A stretch of 64,000 nucleotides of DNA from a bacterium (GTDB lineage Bacteria > JAHJDO01), in assembly GCA_043824255.1 (NCBI GenBank), contig JBDRTG010000047.1:265032-329031 (forward strand), given 5' to 3'. A program made the position numbers and the translations under genes. The notes under the pieces were generated by a model, which was not told the origin of the DNA, searched no databases, and worked only from the letters and a program-made list of their open reading frames with translations. Of this stretch, positions 38,277-50,040 are shown one piece after another; within the stretch, counting starts at the first letter, position 1; each line of letters begins with the position of its first letter.

Positions 38277-39656
38277 ATGCAAAAAGAATATTTGACTGTT
38301 AGAGAGATAGTTGGACCGCTTATTCTTGTAGAGGATATCAAAGGTGTAAAATACGATGAGCTAATAGAAATTGGCTTGCCAAGTGGGGAGATAAGACAGG
38401 GAAAGGTTTTGGAAATTTCAACTGACAAAGCTCTTATACAGGTATTTGAGGGCACAAGCGGAATAGATATAGCTAAAACCCGCGTGAAATTTTTGGGTAA
38501 AGGAATAGAGCTTCCTGTTTCAGAGGATTTGATGGGTAGAGTCTTTGACGGGCTGGGCAAACCAATGGATGACGGTCCGGAAATAATTCCTGAAAAATAT
38601 CTGGATATAAACGGCAATCCCATTAATCCATATGCGCGTGATTATCCATCTGAGTTTATTCAAACCGGGATATCTGCAATAGACGGTCTGAACACTCTGG
38701 TAAGAGGACAGAAACTGCCTATTTTTTCCGGATCCGGACTTCCGCATTCCCAGGTTGCCGCTCAGATTGCAAGACAGGCAAAGGTTGTTGGCAAAGAGGA
38801 AAAATTCGCTGTTGTTTTTGCTGCTATTGGCATAACCTTTGAAGAAGCAGATTTCTTTATTTCGGATTTCAGAAGAACAGGAGCTATAGAACGAACAGTC
38901 CTGTTCATAAACCTTGCTGATGACCCTGCCATTGAGAGAATTGCTACTCCGCGTGTTGCACTAACAGCAGCAGAATATCTGGCATTTGAGAGAGGTATGC
39001 ATGTGCTGGTTATATTAACGGACATGACAAATTATTGCGAAGCATTACGTTCTGTATCTGCAGCCAGAAAGGAAGTTCCCGGAAGAAGAGGATATCCGGG
39101 TTATATGTATACTGATCTTGCTTCAATCTATGAAAGGGCAGGTAGAATTAAAAATAAAAGAGGATCCATTACTCAGATTCCTATTCTGACCATGCCTGAC
39201 GATGATAAAACACATCCCATACCGGATTTGACAGGTTACATTACAGAGGGACAGATTATACTGAATAGAAGTCTTCATAAAAAGGGGATATCTCCTCCTA
39301 TTGATGTTCTTCCGTCACTTTCAAGGTTGAAGGATAAAGGGATTGGTAAAGAGAAAACACGAGAAGACCATGCTGATGTTTTTAATCAGCTTTTTGCTGC
39401 TTATGCAAGTGGTAAGGAAGCGCAGGAACTTGCAATTATTCTTGGAGAATCCGCTTTGAGCGATATAGATAAATTATATTTTAAGTTTTCAGACGAGTTT
39501 GAAAAACGCTATGTGGGTCAGGGATACGATGAGAATAGAACCATAGACCAAACACTTGACCTGGGATGGGAACTCCTCTCAATGCTGCCAAAATCAGAAC
39601 TAAAGAGAATAAGACCTGAATATATAGAGAAATATCTTAAGAGTAAATCCAAGTAG
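38277..39656 (+). CDS. atpB: V/A-type ATPase subunit B
   Basis: [35 protein letters not shown]. Confidence 0.97.
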   Translation: MQKEYLTVREIVGPLILVEDIKGVKYDELIEIGLPSGEIRQGKVLEISTDKALIQVFEGTSGIDIAKTRVKFLGKGIELPVSEDLMGRVFDGLGKPMDDGPEIIPEKYLDINGNPINPYARDYPSEFIQTGISAIDGLNTLVRGQKLPIFSGSGLPHSQVAAQIARQAKVVGKEEKFAVVFAAIGITFEEADFFISDFRRTGAIERTVLFINLADDPAIERIATPRVALTAAEYLAFERGMHVLVILTDMTNYCEALRSVSAARKEVPGRRGYPGYMYTDLASIYERAGRIKNKRGSITQIPILTMPDDDKTHPIPDLTGYITEGQIILNRSLHKKGISPPIDVLPSLSRLKDKGIGKEKTREDHADVFNQLFAAYASGKEAQELAIILGESALSDIDKLYFKFSDEFEKRYVGQGYDENRTIDQTLDLGWELLSMLPKSELKRIRPEYIEKYLKSKSK

Positions 39657-39675
39657 GCATGCGAATTGTGTCCAT

Positions 39676-40755
39676 TTATTTTATGTAAATATCCGGCCTT
39701 TGTATGGTCATGTCTTCATATCTGATAGTCAACATTGGCCAGTCTGCTGCCTGTGTGATTATTTCTGTTTTATCCTTGAGAGCAATTATTGTGTCTTCTG
39801 ACTTTGTTCCTGTAATGGATGGGTTCCATGCAAAAGCCTGATTCAATTTAACTGTTTCTTTACTGTCAGATGTTCCTTTGTAGTCTCTGCACGAATAACC
39901 TGTTGCTCCTCCCTGGTGATGCAGCTTCCACTCATCTCTGAAACCAGTTTTTTCATAGATATCTAAAGCTTTCCTAAAAATATCTCCAACACTATTTCCC
40001 AACCTTGTATTTGCAGTAAAGGAGGCATCAACCTTTGTAACCGCATTATGCTTTTCTCTTAATTCAGCAGGCAGGCTTCCAAAATGAACAAGCCTTGTTA
40101 ATGACGTTATCAAACCCCATTTTCTTGCGCATACAACAATCATAATATATTTTTTTATCCTATTATCTGTTGGGATTGGGTGTCTGTATTTCCTGATACG
40201 CTCATCAGCTGCTATAAGAAGAACAATGGGAATTATGCCTGAGGAGAGAAGTCTTTCTGCTACCAGCCCAGCTACTTTGTGCTCAGAATCGCCAGGCTTT
40301 ATAATATCAGATACTTCCTTTAGACTTTTTGAACTCTCATGTCCAATCCATCTGTATTTTTCTATTTCCGGCTCAGTTAAACTATAGCGCAACGGGGCAA
40401 TTTCTTCATCTGAGGCAACACGCATACCATCGGTTATCTCTTTGATAATTTTTGCAGATCTATTGGTCTCATTCCACGGAAATTCAACAAGTTCAAATGC
40501 CTGGTCATTTATTTCCTCATCTTTGATACGCGGAGCTTCAATATTGTTGGCAATAATATACTTTTTCGCTTTTGTGACAATAGCTGTAACACTACCGATT
40601 TCAGTTGCTATGCCAACATGGTTGTCCCCACCTCCAGTGAGCCACGCAAAATTACTCTGTTTGTTAACAATAACAGCACCATAGCCGTTACTATCCATGA
40701 AGCCATGTAATCTCTTTTCCTTTTCTTTAATCTCGGCTTTAATATCTATGTTCAT
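39676..40755 (-). CDS. M24 (pita-bread fold) family hydrolase, atypical metal ligands
   Basis: NFAWLTGG, RHPIPT, SLTR, HHQGG, WNPSI, KSEDT. Confidence 0.8.
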   Translation of the reverse strand: MNIDIKAEIKEKEKRLHGFMDSNGYGAVIVNKQSNFAWLTGGGDNHVGIATEIGSVTAIVTKAKKYIIANNIEAPRIKDEEINDQAFELVEFPWNETNRSAKIIKEITDGMRVASDEEIAPLRYSLTEPEIEKYRWIGHESSKSLKEVSDIIKPGDSEHKVAGLVAERLLSSGIIPIVLLIAADERIRKYRHPIPTDNRIKKYIMIVVCARKWGLITSLTRLVHFGSLPAELREKHNAVTKVDASFTANTRLGNSVGDIFRKALDIYEKTGFRDEWKLHHQGGATGYSCRDYKGTSDSKETVKLNQAFAWNPSITGTKSEDTIIALKDKTEIITQAADWPMLTIRYEDMTIQRPDIYIK

Positions 40756-40767
40756 ATTTAAAGACTA

Positions 40768-40814
40768 AATTCTTAATTTGATTAATAATTGGAAATTTAA
40801 AATTAGGAATTATG
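40768..40814. repeat. Degenerate period-7 AATTnnn array
   Basis: AATTCTT AATTTGA .. AATTGGA AATTTAA AATTAGG AATTATG. Confidence 0.45.
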
Positions 40815-42327
40815 TTCTTTTGCGTTTTGCCAACAACCTATTCACAGCATTAACATAAGCTTTCACACTTGCTTCAATAATGTCAGTACTAGCTCCCCTT
40901 CCTGCTACTGTTCTATTACCAACTGCAACCTTTACATGAACCTCGCCTAATGCGTCCTTTCCTCCTGTAACAGCTTGGAGAGAATAGTCAACAAGTTTGG
41001 CTTTCAGATGGGTAATCTTGTCAATAGCTTTATATGCGGCATCTACGGGACCGTCTCCACAGGCTGCTTCCTGGGAAACTGCATTTCCTTTTCTTAATCT
41101 TATAGTAGCAGTTGGTATAGTTTTGTTTCCACTTACAGTATTAAAGTATTCAAGAATGTAAGTTTCTGAAGTTGTAGTTATTTCATCCTCAACTATAGCC
41201 TCCAGATCTTCATCAAAAACCTCTTGCTTACGATCTGCTACTGTTATAAATCGCTCATAGACCTGATTCAGTTTTTCTCCTTTGAGTTTATACCCCAGCT
41301 TTTCCAAACGATGTTTAAGCGCATGTCGTCCAGACCGAGCTGTTAATACAACATCGCTTTGTTGAACGCCAACTTCCTCAGGTTTCATAATTTCATAAGT
41401 ATTTCTATCCTTAAGAAAACCATCTACATGAATACCGCTGCTATGAGCAAAGGCATTCTTCCCTATAATAGCTTTGTTTGGAGGAACTGATATGCCAAGG
41501 AGATGCGATACAAGCTTGGACGTTCTGTAAAGTTCCACTGTTTTTATTCCCGTAGAAAAACCAAAATAGTCTGAGCGGACTTTAAGCGCCATAACTATTT
41601 CCTCAAGTGATGCGTTACCAGCGCGTTCACCAACCCCGTTGATTGTACACTCTGCCTGTCTTGCCCCAGCCTTCACTCCTGCAAGGCTATTCGCTACAGC
41701 CAGACCAAGGTCATTGTGACAATGAACACTAATAATAGCCTGACTAATATTCGGGACTTCCTCTCTAATCTTCATGATAAGTGATGCGAATTGTTCTGGC
41801 ATAGTGTATCCGGTTGTATCCGGGATATTAATGATTTTTGCACCTGCTTCTATAACGGCTTCCACCATTTCCAGTAGAAAACCTGGCTCTGCTCTTCCAG
41901 CATCTTCTGCGTAAAACTCCACTTCTCTGGCGAATTCCCTTGCTAATTTGACCGACTGCACAGCCATTTTCAAAACTTCAGTTCTCGTTTTTCTAAGCTT
42001 ACTCTCTATATGGATATCTGAAACACCGAGCCCTGTATGAATTCGTGATTTAGAAACTCCTTTTAATGCTTTTCCTGCTATCTCTATATCCTCAGAGCGA
42101 CACCGAGTGAGTGCACAAATGATCGGTCGATGAATCTCCTTGCCAATAGCCTGAACAGCTTCGAAATCGCCAGGAGAAGAAGCTGGAAAACCAACTTCCA
42201 TTACATCCACGCCCAAACGCTCCAGTTGTCTAGCTATCTTAAGTTTTTCCTGAGGACCCAGTCGAGTACCTGCGGCCTGCTCCCCATCCCGCAAAGTAGT
42301 GTCAAATATTATAATCCTATTTCCCAT
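40810..42327 (-). CDS. leuA: 2-isopropylmalate synthase
   Basis: DTTLRDGEQ, PDTTG, HCHNDLG, GERAGN, C-terminal regulatory domain GDGPVDA. Confidence 0.93.
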   Translation of the reverse strand: MGNRIIIFDTTLRDGEQAAGTRLGPQEKLKIARQLERLGVDVMEVGFPASSPGDFEAVQAIGKEIHRPIICALTRCRSEDIEIAGKALKGVSKSRIHTGLGVSDIHIESKLRKTRTEVLKMAVQSVKLAREFAREVEFYAEDAGRAEPGFLLEMVEAVIEAGAKIINIPDTTGYTMPEQFASLIMKIREEVPNISQAIISVHCHNDLGLAVANSLAGVKAGARQAECTINGVGERAGNASLEEIVMALKVRSDYFGFSTGIKTVELYRTSKLVSHLLGISVPPNKAIIGKNAFAHSSGIHVDGFLKDRNTYEIMKPEEVGVQQSDVVLTARSGRHALKHRLEKLGYKLKGEKLNQVYERFITVADRKQEVFDEDLEAIVEDEITTTSETYILEYFNTVSGNKTIPTATIRLRKGNAVSQEAACGDGPVDAAYKAIDKITHLKAKLVDYSLQAVTGGKDALGEVHVKVAVGNRTVAGRGASTDIIEASVKAYVNAVNRLLAKRKRT

Positions 42328-42336
42328 GAGTTCCTT

Positions 42337-43338
<1,002 letters not shown>

Positions 43339-43346
43339 CTAACCTC

Positions 43347-43832
43347 CTATTTTTTATCCACTCTTGTCATTGCTATTTTGCCGGTTCTGGCGATTTCTGC
43401 TATTCCAAACGGTCTTATTAAATCCAAAAATGTGTTTAGCTTTTTTTCATCTCCATCTATTTCCACTATTAGATGTTTTGGATTCATGCTTACCACTTTA
43501 CACTGAAAAGTTTCAACAATCTGGGTCAGTTTTGTATATGTGGCTGGATTATAAGCAAGTTTTATTAACATGAGTTCACGGTCTATTGTATCCTTTCCCG
43601 TTAAATCCTGAACCTTTATCACATCTATAAGTTTATTAAGCTGTTTTGTGATTTGCTCAAGAACCTTTTCATCTCCTTCTGTAACAATAATCATTCTGGA
43701 GATTGTGGGATCTTCAGCAGTCGCACCTACAGTCAAGCTTGTTATATTAAATCCTCTTCCACTAAAAAGCCCGCTTATTCTGGCGAGAACACCAAACTTG
43801 TTTTCAACCTGACAGGATATTATATGTTTCAT
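43347..43832 (-). CDS. ilvN: Acetolactate synthase small subunit
   Basis: VENKFGVLARISGLFSGRGFNI, QLNKLIDV, ARTG. Confidence 0.95.
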   Translation of the reverse strand: MKHIISCQVENKFGVLARISGLFSGRGFNITSLTVGATAEDPTISRMIIVTEGDEKVLEQITKQLNKLIDVIKVQDLTGKDTIDRELMLIKLAYNPATYTKLTQIVETFQCKVVSMNPKHLIVEIDGDEKKLNTFLDLIRPFGIAEIARTGKIAMTRVDKK

Positions 43833-43850
43833 TTTATTATTTTATCCTTT

Positions 43851-45530
43851 CTATGCTAATCCAGAGAGCATTTCTGTTAAACTTGCTCCTGCAGGCACCA
43901 TAGGAAATACATTCTCTTCTGGTGCTACTCTAAAGTCTATAACAAAAGGCGCGTCAGTTTTTATAGCTTCTTTAAGCGCTCCTTCAACATCCTTTTTGCA
44001 TGTAACCCTAAGACCTTTTGCTCCATAAGCCTCAGCTATTTTTACAAAATCAGGGTTATTGTCAAGAATTGTATGTGAATACCTCTTTTCGTAAAACAAC
44101 TCCTGCCACTGTCTTACCATTCCAAGACAGCCGTTATTTAAAATTGCTACTTTAACATTTATATTATTTTTAGCAGCTGTACCGAGTTCCTGAATATTCA
44201 TCTGAAAACTACCGTCTCCAGCTATATCAAAAACAATCTTGTCCGGACATCCAACTTTTGCTCCAATAGCTGCAGGAAAGCCAAAACCCATTGTACCAAG
44301 ACCGCCAGAAGAAATAAATGTTCTGGGCTTTGTATATCTAAAAAATTGAGCCGCCCACATTTGGTTCTGTCCAACCTCTGTTGTTATAATGACTTCTCCG
44401 TTTGTAACTTCGTCTATCTTTTCCACAACATACTGAGGCTTAATACAATCACCATCATCTTTATATGCTAGAGGGCATTTCTTTTTCCATGCTTCTATCT
44501 TGCTATTCCATTGTTCCCTTGTTCTTAGTTTTATGTATTTAGTAAGTTCCTCAAGAACTTTTTTAACATCTCCAACTATAGGAATATCAGTCTTAATGTT
44601 TTTCCCTATAGCAGTAGGGTCAATATCTATGTGAATTACAGAGGCGTGCGGCGCAAATTTACTGACTTTTCCAGTTATCCTATCGTCAAACCTTGCTCCA
44701 ACTGCAATAATAAGGTCTGAAGCCATAACAGCATGATTTGCATATTGGGTCCCATGCATGCCAAGCATATTTAGAGATAATCTATGATTGTCAGGAAAAC
44801 CTCCTTTACCCATAAGAGTAACAGTAACAGGAATATCATTCTTTTCAGCAAGTTCCTTTACAAGAATATTTGCGCCCCGAGAAGCAATAACTCCCCCGCC
44901 AATATACAGAACAGGTTTCTTAGATCTATTAATGGCTTCTGCAGCTTTCTTAATCTGCTTAATATTCCCAGCATATGTTGGTTTATAGCCTTTAATATCA
45001 GCTTTTTCAGGGTATAAGAAATTAGTCTTATTTACCATCACATCCTTTGGCAAATCTATAAGAACCGGACCAGGTTTACCAGTAGAAGCAATATAGAAAG
45101 CTTCTTTGATTGTTTGAGCCAGGTCAGCCACATTTCTAACAAGATAATTGTATTTTGTTATAGGTCTTGTTATTCCAACAATATCAGCCTCCTGGAATGC
45201 ATCATTACCTATCATTGATGTTAGTACCTGTCCGGTTAATGCAACAAGAGGAATAGAATCCATATATGCAGTAGCTATCCCAGTTACCAGATTAGTCGCT
45301 CCGGGACCTGATGTAGCAAGACAGACCCCCACTTTTCCTGTAGCTCTTGCATACCCGTCAGCGGCATGAGCTGCTCCCTGTTCATGCCTAACCAGAATAT
45401 GCCTGATTTCTTTTGTTGCATATAGTTCATCATATACATCCAGCAGCACACCGCCTGGGAAGCCAAATATGACCTCTACCTTCTCTTTCTTTAAGCTTTC
45501 TATAAGTATTTTAGCTCCACTGAGTTTCAA
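43851..45530 (-). CDS. ilvB: Acetolactate synthase large subunit
   Basis: [31 protein letters not shown] motif. Confidence 0.96.
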   Translation of the reverse strand: MKLSGAKILIESLKKEKVEVIFGFPGGVLLDVYDELYATKEIRHILVRHEQGAAHAADGYARATGKVGVCLATSGPGATNLVTGIATAYMDSIPLVALTGQVLTSMIGNDAFQEADIVGITRPITKYNYLVRNVADLAQTIKEAFYIASTGKPGPVLIDLPKDVMVNKTNFLYPEKADIKGYKPTYAGNIKQIKKAAEAINRSKKPVLYIGGGVIASRGANILVKELAEKNDIPVTVTLMGKGGFPDNHRLSLNMLGMHGTQYANHAVMASDLIIAVGARFDDRITGKVSKFAPHASVIHIDIDPTAIGKNIKTDIPIVGDVKKVLEELTKYIKLRTREQWNSKIEAWKKKCPLAYKDDGDCIKPQYVVEKIDEVTNGEVIITTEVGQNQMWAAQFFRYTKPRTFISSGGLGTMGFGFPAAIGAKVGCPDKIVFDIAGDGSFQMNIQELGTAAKNNINVKVAILNNGCLGMVRQWQELFYEKRYSHTILDNNPDFVKIAEAYGAKGLRVTCKKDVEGALKEAIKTDAPFVIDFRVAPEENVFPMVPAGASLTEMLSGLA

Positions 45531-45534
45531 AATA

Positions 45535-47199
45535 TCACCCCTTTTTAAATATTGCTCCGGAACTTGCTGAAGACACCATTTGTGAATATCTATACATGTA
45601 TCCGGATTTTATCCTTGGTTCTGGTTTCTTCCATTTACCCAATCTATCTCTAATTTCCTTATTAGTTAACTTAATATTTAGTTCTCTAGCAGGTATGTCT
45701 ATTTCAACAGTATCTCCATCCTTTACTATAGCCAATGGACCTCCTTCAGCTGCTTCTGGGGATATATGTCCAATAGCTGCCCCGCGCGTGCCGCCTGAAA
45801 ATCTTCCATCAGTTAATAGAGCCACACTATCCGCAAGTCCAATGCCTGCAAGCGCTGCAGTAGGAGAAAGCCCTTCTCTCATTCCAGGACCACCCTTCGG
45901 ACCTTCATAACGAAGAACAATAACATCTCCCTTCCTGATTTTTTTATCCATTATAGCTTTCATAGCTTCTTCTTCAGAGTCAAAAACCCTCGCAGGTCCT
46001 GAATGCTTCATCATATCAGGACTAACAGCAGACTGCTTAACAACAGCTCCATCAGGCGCTAAATTGCCTTTTAGTATTGCAATCCCGCCTTGTTTAGAAT
46101 AAGGATTGCTTATTGGTCGGATAACCTCTTTATTGAGAATCTCGCATCCTGCAATGTTCTCAGAAACCTTCATGGTCGTTACAGTTAAGCATTTCTTATT
46201 TATTACTCCCAGTTTACTGATCTCCGCCATTACTGCATGCACTCCTCCAGCTTCATCAAGATCCTCAAGATGATATTTGCCTGCTGGTGATAGTCTGCAT
46301 AGATTCGGCACCTTTTTGCTTATTTTATCAAAAAGGCTAAGATCAAACTCTATTCCAGCTTCATTTGCAATAGCTGGCAGATGGAGAACTGTATTAGTTG
46401 AACTGCCAAGCGCCATTTCTACAGCTATTGCATTCTTAAAAGCGTCAAGCGTTGCAATGTCTCTTGGCTTTACATTTTTCTTTATGAGCTCGATTATCTG
46501 TGCCCCTGCTTCTTTGGCAAGTCTTATTCTTCTGGCATCAACAGCAGGTATTGTGCCATTTCCCGGCAAGCCCAACCCCAATGCTTCGCTAAGACAGTTC
46601 ATTGAGTTCGCAGTGAACATGCCCGAACAGGAACCACACCCTGGACATGCCCTCTCTTCTATTTCAAGAAGCTCTTTTTCACTCATCTTGCCACCTGCCA
46701 CAGCTCCAACTGCTTCAAAAACACTTATTAAATCTACAGCCTTTTTCCCAATCTTACCTGCCATCATAGGCCCGCCACTTATTATGATTGCGGGAATATT
46801 TAATCTGAGCGCTGCCATAAGCATGCCGGGAACGATCTTATCGCAATTAGCAACAAGCACAAGACCGTCAAAAGGGTGCGCTTTTGCCATAACTTCTATT
46901 GAGTCTGCAATTAGTTCCCTGGAGCCTAGAGAATATTTCATGCCTTCATGATTCATTGCAATGCCGTCACATACTCCAATTACACCAAACTCCATAGGTG
47001 TTCCACCGCCCATATAAACACCTGCTTTAACAGCCTTAACTATTTGATTAAGATGAATATGCCCGGGGATAATTTCATTAAAGGAATTTGCTATTCCTAT
47101 GATAGGTCTTGAAAGTTCTCTATCGCTATAGCCCATGGCTTTCAAAAGAGAGCGATGAGGCGCTCTTGATATTCCTTTTTTCATCAAATCACTACGCAT
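45535..47199 (-). CDS. ilvD: Dihydroxy-acid dehydratase
   Basis: [40 protein letters not shown]; start corrected to MRSD (GGAG RBS) because the longer ORF overlaps tRNA-Asp. Confidence 0.96.
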   Translation of the reverse strand: MRSDLMKKGISRAPHRSLLKAMGYSDRELSRPIIGIANSFNEIIPGHIHLNQIVKAVKAGVYMGGGTPMEFGVIGVCDGIAMNHEGMKYSLGSRELIADSIEVMAKAHPFDGLVLVANCDKIVPGMLMAALRLNIPAIIISGGPMMAGKIGKKAVDLISVFEAVGAVAGGKMSEKELLEIEERACPGCGSCSGMFTANSMNCLSEALGLGLPGNGTIPAVDARRIRLAKEAGAQIIELIKKNVKPRDIATLDAFKNAIAVEMALGSSTNTVLHLPAIANEAGIEFDLSLFDKISKKVPNLCRLSPAGKYHLEDLDEAGGVHAVMAEISKLGVINKKCLTVTTMKVSENIAGCEILNKEVIRPISNPYSKQGGIAILKGNLAPDGAVVKQSAVSPDMMKHSGPARVFDSEEEAMKAIMDKKIRKGDVIVLRYEGPKGGPGMREGLSPTAALAGIGLADSVALLTDGRFSGGTRGAAIGHISPEAAEGGPLAIVKDGDTVEIDIPARELNIKLTNKEIRDRLGKWKKPEPRIKSGYMYRYSQMVSSASSGAIFKKG

Positions 47200-47232
47200 C
47201 CCTATTCCTCCGCAATTAAAAATTTCCTTATC

Positions 47233-47309
47233 TGGCGGGAGCGACGGGACTCGAACCCGCAACACCCAGATCGACAATCTGGTACTCTAACCAGTTGAGC
47301 TACGCCCCC
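47233..47309 (-). tRNA. tRNA-Asp (GUC)
   Basis: GGGGGCGTAGCTCAACTGGTTAGAGTACCAGATTGTCGATCTGGGTGTTGCGGGTTCGAGTCCCGTCGCTCCCGCCA; cloverleaf, G discriminator, encoded CCA. Confidence 0.93.
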
Positions 47310-47331
47310 TTTGAAAAGCTACAGTCATTTC

Positions 47332-47408
47332 TGGTGGGCGGTACTGGGTTTGAACCAGTGACATCCTGCTTGTAAGGCAGGCGCTCTCCCAGACTGAGCT
47401 AACCGCCC
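47332..47408 (-). tRNA. tRNA-Val (UAC)
   Basis: GGGCGGTTAGCTCAGTCTGGGAGAGCGCCTGCCTTACAAGCAGGATGTCACTGGTTCAAACCCAGTACCGCCCACCA. Confidence 0.95.
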
Positions 47409-47418
47409 TGAAAAAGCT

Positions 47419-47447
47419 AGTATATAAAAAGCTAATATGCTTAGCAA
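47419..47447 (-). promoter_or_regulatory. Sigma70 promoter for the tRNA-Val/tRNA-Asp(-ilv) unit
   Basis: Minus strand TTGCTA-17nt-TATACT, 10 nt before tRNA-Val. Confidence 0.7.
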
Positions 47448-47544
47448 GCAAAAAAACCTCTGAGGAAACTCCAGTTATTAAATCCCTGATATTTAGCCGT
47501 CCAAAAAAATAGACGAATTTTGTATGGATTTTTATGTGAGGCGA

Positions 47545-47553
47545 TGATACAAT
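47545..47553 (+). promoter_or_regulatory. Extended -10 promoter, probably leaderless aldolase mRNA
   Basis: TGA-TACAAT then 6 nt then ATG 47560; no SD at normal spacing. Confidence 0.5.
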
Positions 47554-47559
47554 TTCCGT

Positions 47560-48417
47560 ATGAATTTTGTACCTATGCTTGATTTGATACAAAAGGCTTG
47601 GGACAAAGGGTACGCTGTTCCGTCATTTTGCGCGTGGAACGCTGATGTTATGCAGGCTGTGCTCAATGTCAGCCAGCGCCTTTCAGCACCTGTTATCATA
47701 ATGAATGGGCCTGGAGAATTTTTCTTGATGGCGCCTGATATAATGGGGTCTGTAGCTCAAGCAGTAGCCAAAGGGTACTGTGTTAAAGCTGCTCTTCACT
47801 TAGATCACGGAGATTCAATTAACCAAGTTAAACAGTGCATTAATGCGAAGTATACCTCGGTAATGCTTGATTTTTCATCAAGACCATTTGAAGAGAATGC
47901 AAAAGCTCTATGCGAGGTGGTCCGTCTGGCGCATCCAAATGGCATCACAGTTGAAGGTGAAATTGGTGCTGTGGGTAAGGTTGATAGTACCACTTCTGAA
48001 GGCGGGTGTTCTTCAACTCTAACCAATCCTGATGAGGCAAGCAGGTATGTCAAAGAAACAGGGGTTGATGTGCTGGCAATATCTATCGGCAATGCACACG
48101 GCAATTACACAAAACTACCGCAACTGGACTTTAACAGACTGGCAGCGATCCATAAGGCTGTGGACATACCTCTGGTACTGCACGGCGGTTCGGGAACGCC
48201 TGATGACGATATTCAAAGGGCAATATCCATGGGTATTGCGAAGGTTAATGTAGCCACCGACCTTGTAAATGCTGTTCGGGAATCTCTTATCAAGCAGTGG
48301 CAGTCCGGTCAAAATCAGTGGGTTCCGTCTGCGCGCATAGAGGCCATGAGAGAAGTGGAAAAGGTTGTTGAAGAATGGATACATCGCACTGGAGCTGAGG
48401 GAAAGGCAGAGGCATGA
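47560..48417 (+). CDS. Class II fructose/tagatose-bisphosphate aldolase family
   Basis: LHLDHG, VEGEIG, GNAHG, VLHGGSG, KVNV. Confidence 0.92.
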   Translation: MNFVPMLDLIQKAWDKGYAVPSFCAWNADVMQAVLNVSQRLSAPVIIMNGPGEFFLMAPDIMGSVAQAVAKGYCVKAALHLDHGDSINQVKQCINAKYTSVMLDFSSRPFEENAKALCEVVRLAHPNGITVEGEIGAVGKVDSTTSEGGCSSTLTNPDEASRYVKETGVDVLAISIGNAHGNYTKLPQLDFNRLAAIHKAVDIPLVLHGGSGTPDDDIQRAISMGIAKVNVATDLVNAVRESLIKQWQSGQNQWVPSARIEAMREVEKVVEEWIHRTGAEGKAEA

Positions 48418-48462
48418 AATCAAGTATTAAGGTAATAATAGAATAGGTGGAGAGATATAAAT

Positions 48463-50040
48463 ATGCTAAGACACAAAGAAGTACACGAAAAACTTGTTGA
48501 AGCTGTCAACTCAGCTGTTGTTATTGATGCTCACACGCATATTCAGGATGATCTGCTGGATTTTGACGAAAAACTGGCTGCAGACAGCAGTCTTTCCGGC
48601 ACACAAGCTCCTTTTAATCGCTGGTTTCAGTCCAATATCGATGAAGGGCTCAGGCGTAAACGGCTTGTAAGACGAACCATGATGGATGCGACACATACCC
48701 TTTTTTACTCATGGTTTGCTGAAATTGCGGAAGGAGCGAATGCCCAATTGGACCATGCTATTAAGCTGATTGGCAATAATAATGAGGAACAAAGACGTGA
48801 AGCAGGGAAATTTGTTCTGAAAGAGCTTCGCGACAGCCGATACTCAGAGTATGCCGAGTGGCTGCGAATAATGTTCAGACTTTATGACGGAGTGACCGAA
48901 GAGGTTGATCCCCTGGACCCAGTGCATTTTGATATGGTTTATGATGCTGTCAAGCGCCAGCGGCACGATCCGAAATTTGCGATGGGAGTGCTTGATAAAA
49001 ATAATATTGCTGCATATGTGACAAGTATTGAGAATAGGGACAAGATACCCATACAAAGACCGGTTCATCCAGATCAGGTAGATCTTGGCTATGCCACGCA
49101 TGAGCGGGCTTGGACAATGTTTGACTTTAACTGGCTAGTATGGCCTGAAAGGGCAACTGATTTCGGGCTTTTCACACAGGGTTACAAATTTCAGGCGGAG
49201 AAATATTTGCTATATATGGAGGAAATCCTGCAATGTACAATCACCTCTGTTAAAGATCTACAGGAAGCGGTCAGGGGCTTTTTCTTCAAGATTCTCAAAA
49301 GCCCGAAAAGCAATCCACATAGCCGCTGCTTGTATGTTAATGGGCTGCAGCACGAGAATTTCCGTTTTAGCACGCCATATTCAGAAGCCACGGTCAATTA
49401 TGCGATACGTCATCACAAGGATCAGCTCAATGGGGAAAACAAAAAACAGGTTATAGCATGTGTTGCAGACGCAATGCTCCAAACTATGAATGACATTGGA
49501 AAAGAATACAAGGAGCAAGGTGAACGGTTTGGCTGCTGCTTGCAGCTTTGCGGCGGCGTAACATATTTCATGGACTGGGCAAGAGAGATCCAGTCATTTC
49601 CTGTTGCTATTGGGCGCCTTGCCCAGGATGAATATCCTGTCTGGACACAGTATCCCCATGTGCATTTTGAGTATATCTGCGCACATGAGACTATGTATAA
49701 TGACATGGCTAATGCCGCAAAGCAGGTTGGAAATATCTCTGTAGGTCCGTGGTGGCACTATTTTCGCAGACACAAAATTGCACGTATGCTTTATGATCAA
49801 CTCAGCATGGGACCGATATCGTCAATTGCCTGCGGTTTTACAGACGCCAGGTTTGTTGAGATGCTTGTTGCAAAATACAGGAGCATGCGCTTAGGAGTTG
49901 CAGATACACTTTCACTGCTGGTTGAAGACAGGTATTCTTCTCTTTATATGGATATGGATGCCGCCAAAGAGATTATAAGGGAGCTCCTTTTCACTAATCC
50001 CGCTGCAATTCATCATATCCCTGTTAATAATGACGTATGA
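48463..50040 (+). CDS. Uronate isomerase-like amidohydrolase-superfamily protein (divergent)
   Basis: VIDAHTH metal motif, HTLFYSW, GPWW, FTDARFVEML, LLFTNP resemble UxaC landmarks. Confidence 0.6.
   Translation: MLRHKEVHEKLVEAVNSAVVIDAHTHIQDDLLDFDEKLAADSSLSGTQAPFNRWFQSNIDEGLRRKRLVRRTMMDATHTLFYSWFAEIAEGANAQLDHAIKLIGNNNEEQRREAGKFVLKELRDSRYSEYAEWLRIMFRLYDGVTEEVDPLDPVHFDMVYDAVKRQRHDPKFAMGVLDKNNIAAYVTSIENRDKIPIQRPVHPDQVDLGYATHERAWTMFDFNWLVWPERATDFGLFTQGYKFQAEKYLLYMEEILQCTITSVKDLQEAVRGFFFKILKSPKSNPHSRCLYVNGLQHENFRFSTPYSEATVNYAIRHHKDQLNGENKKQVIACVADAMLQTMNDIGKEYKEQGERFGCCLQLCGGVTYFMDWAREIQSFPVAIGRLAQDEYPVWTQYPHVHFEYICAHETMYNDMANAAKQVGNISVGPWWHYFRRHKIARMLYDQLSMGPISSIACGFTDARFVEMLVAKYRSMRLGVADTLSLLVEDRYSSLYMDMDAAKEIIRELLFTNPAAIHHIPVNNDV

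Noticed and set aside
46277-46951. 224-aa plus-strand ORF, and similar ones at 28916-29491, 38096-38623, 55023-55466
   Set aside because: Antisense shadows of well-conserved genes; no recognisable motifs.
47200-47277. N-terminal extension of ilvD in the ORF track
   Set aside because: Overlaps tRNA-Asp; ATG 47199 has an RBS and matches the normal IlvD start.
47233-47408. tRNA-anchored genomic island
   Set aside because: Core ilv genes follow the tRNA 3' ends; no integrase or duplicated tRNA end seen.
47287-47592. 101-aa minus-strand ORF
   Set aside because: Overlaps both tRNAs and the promoter region.
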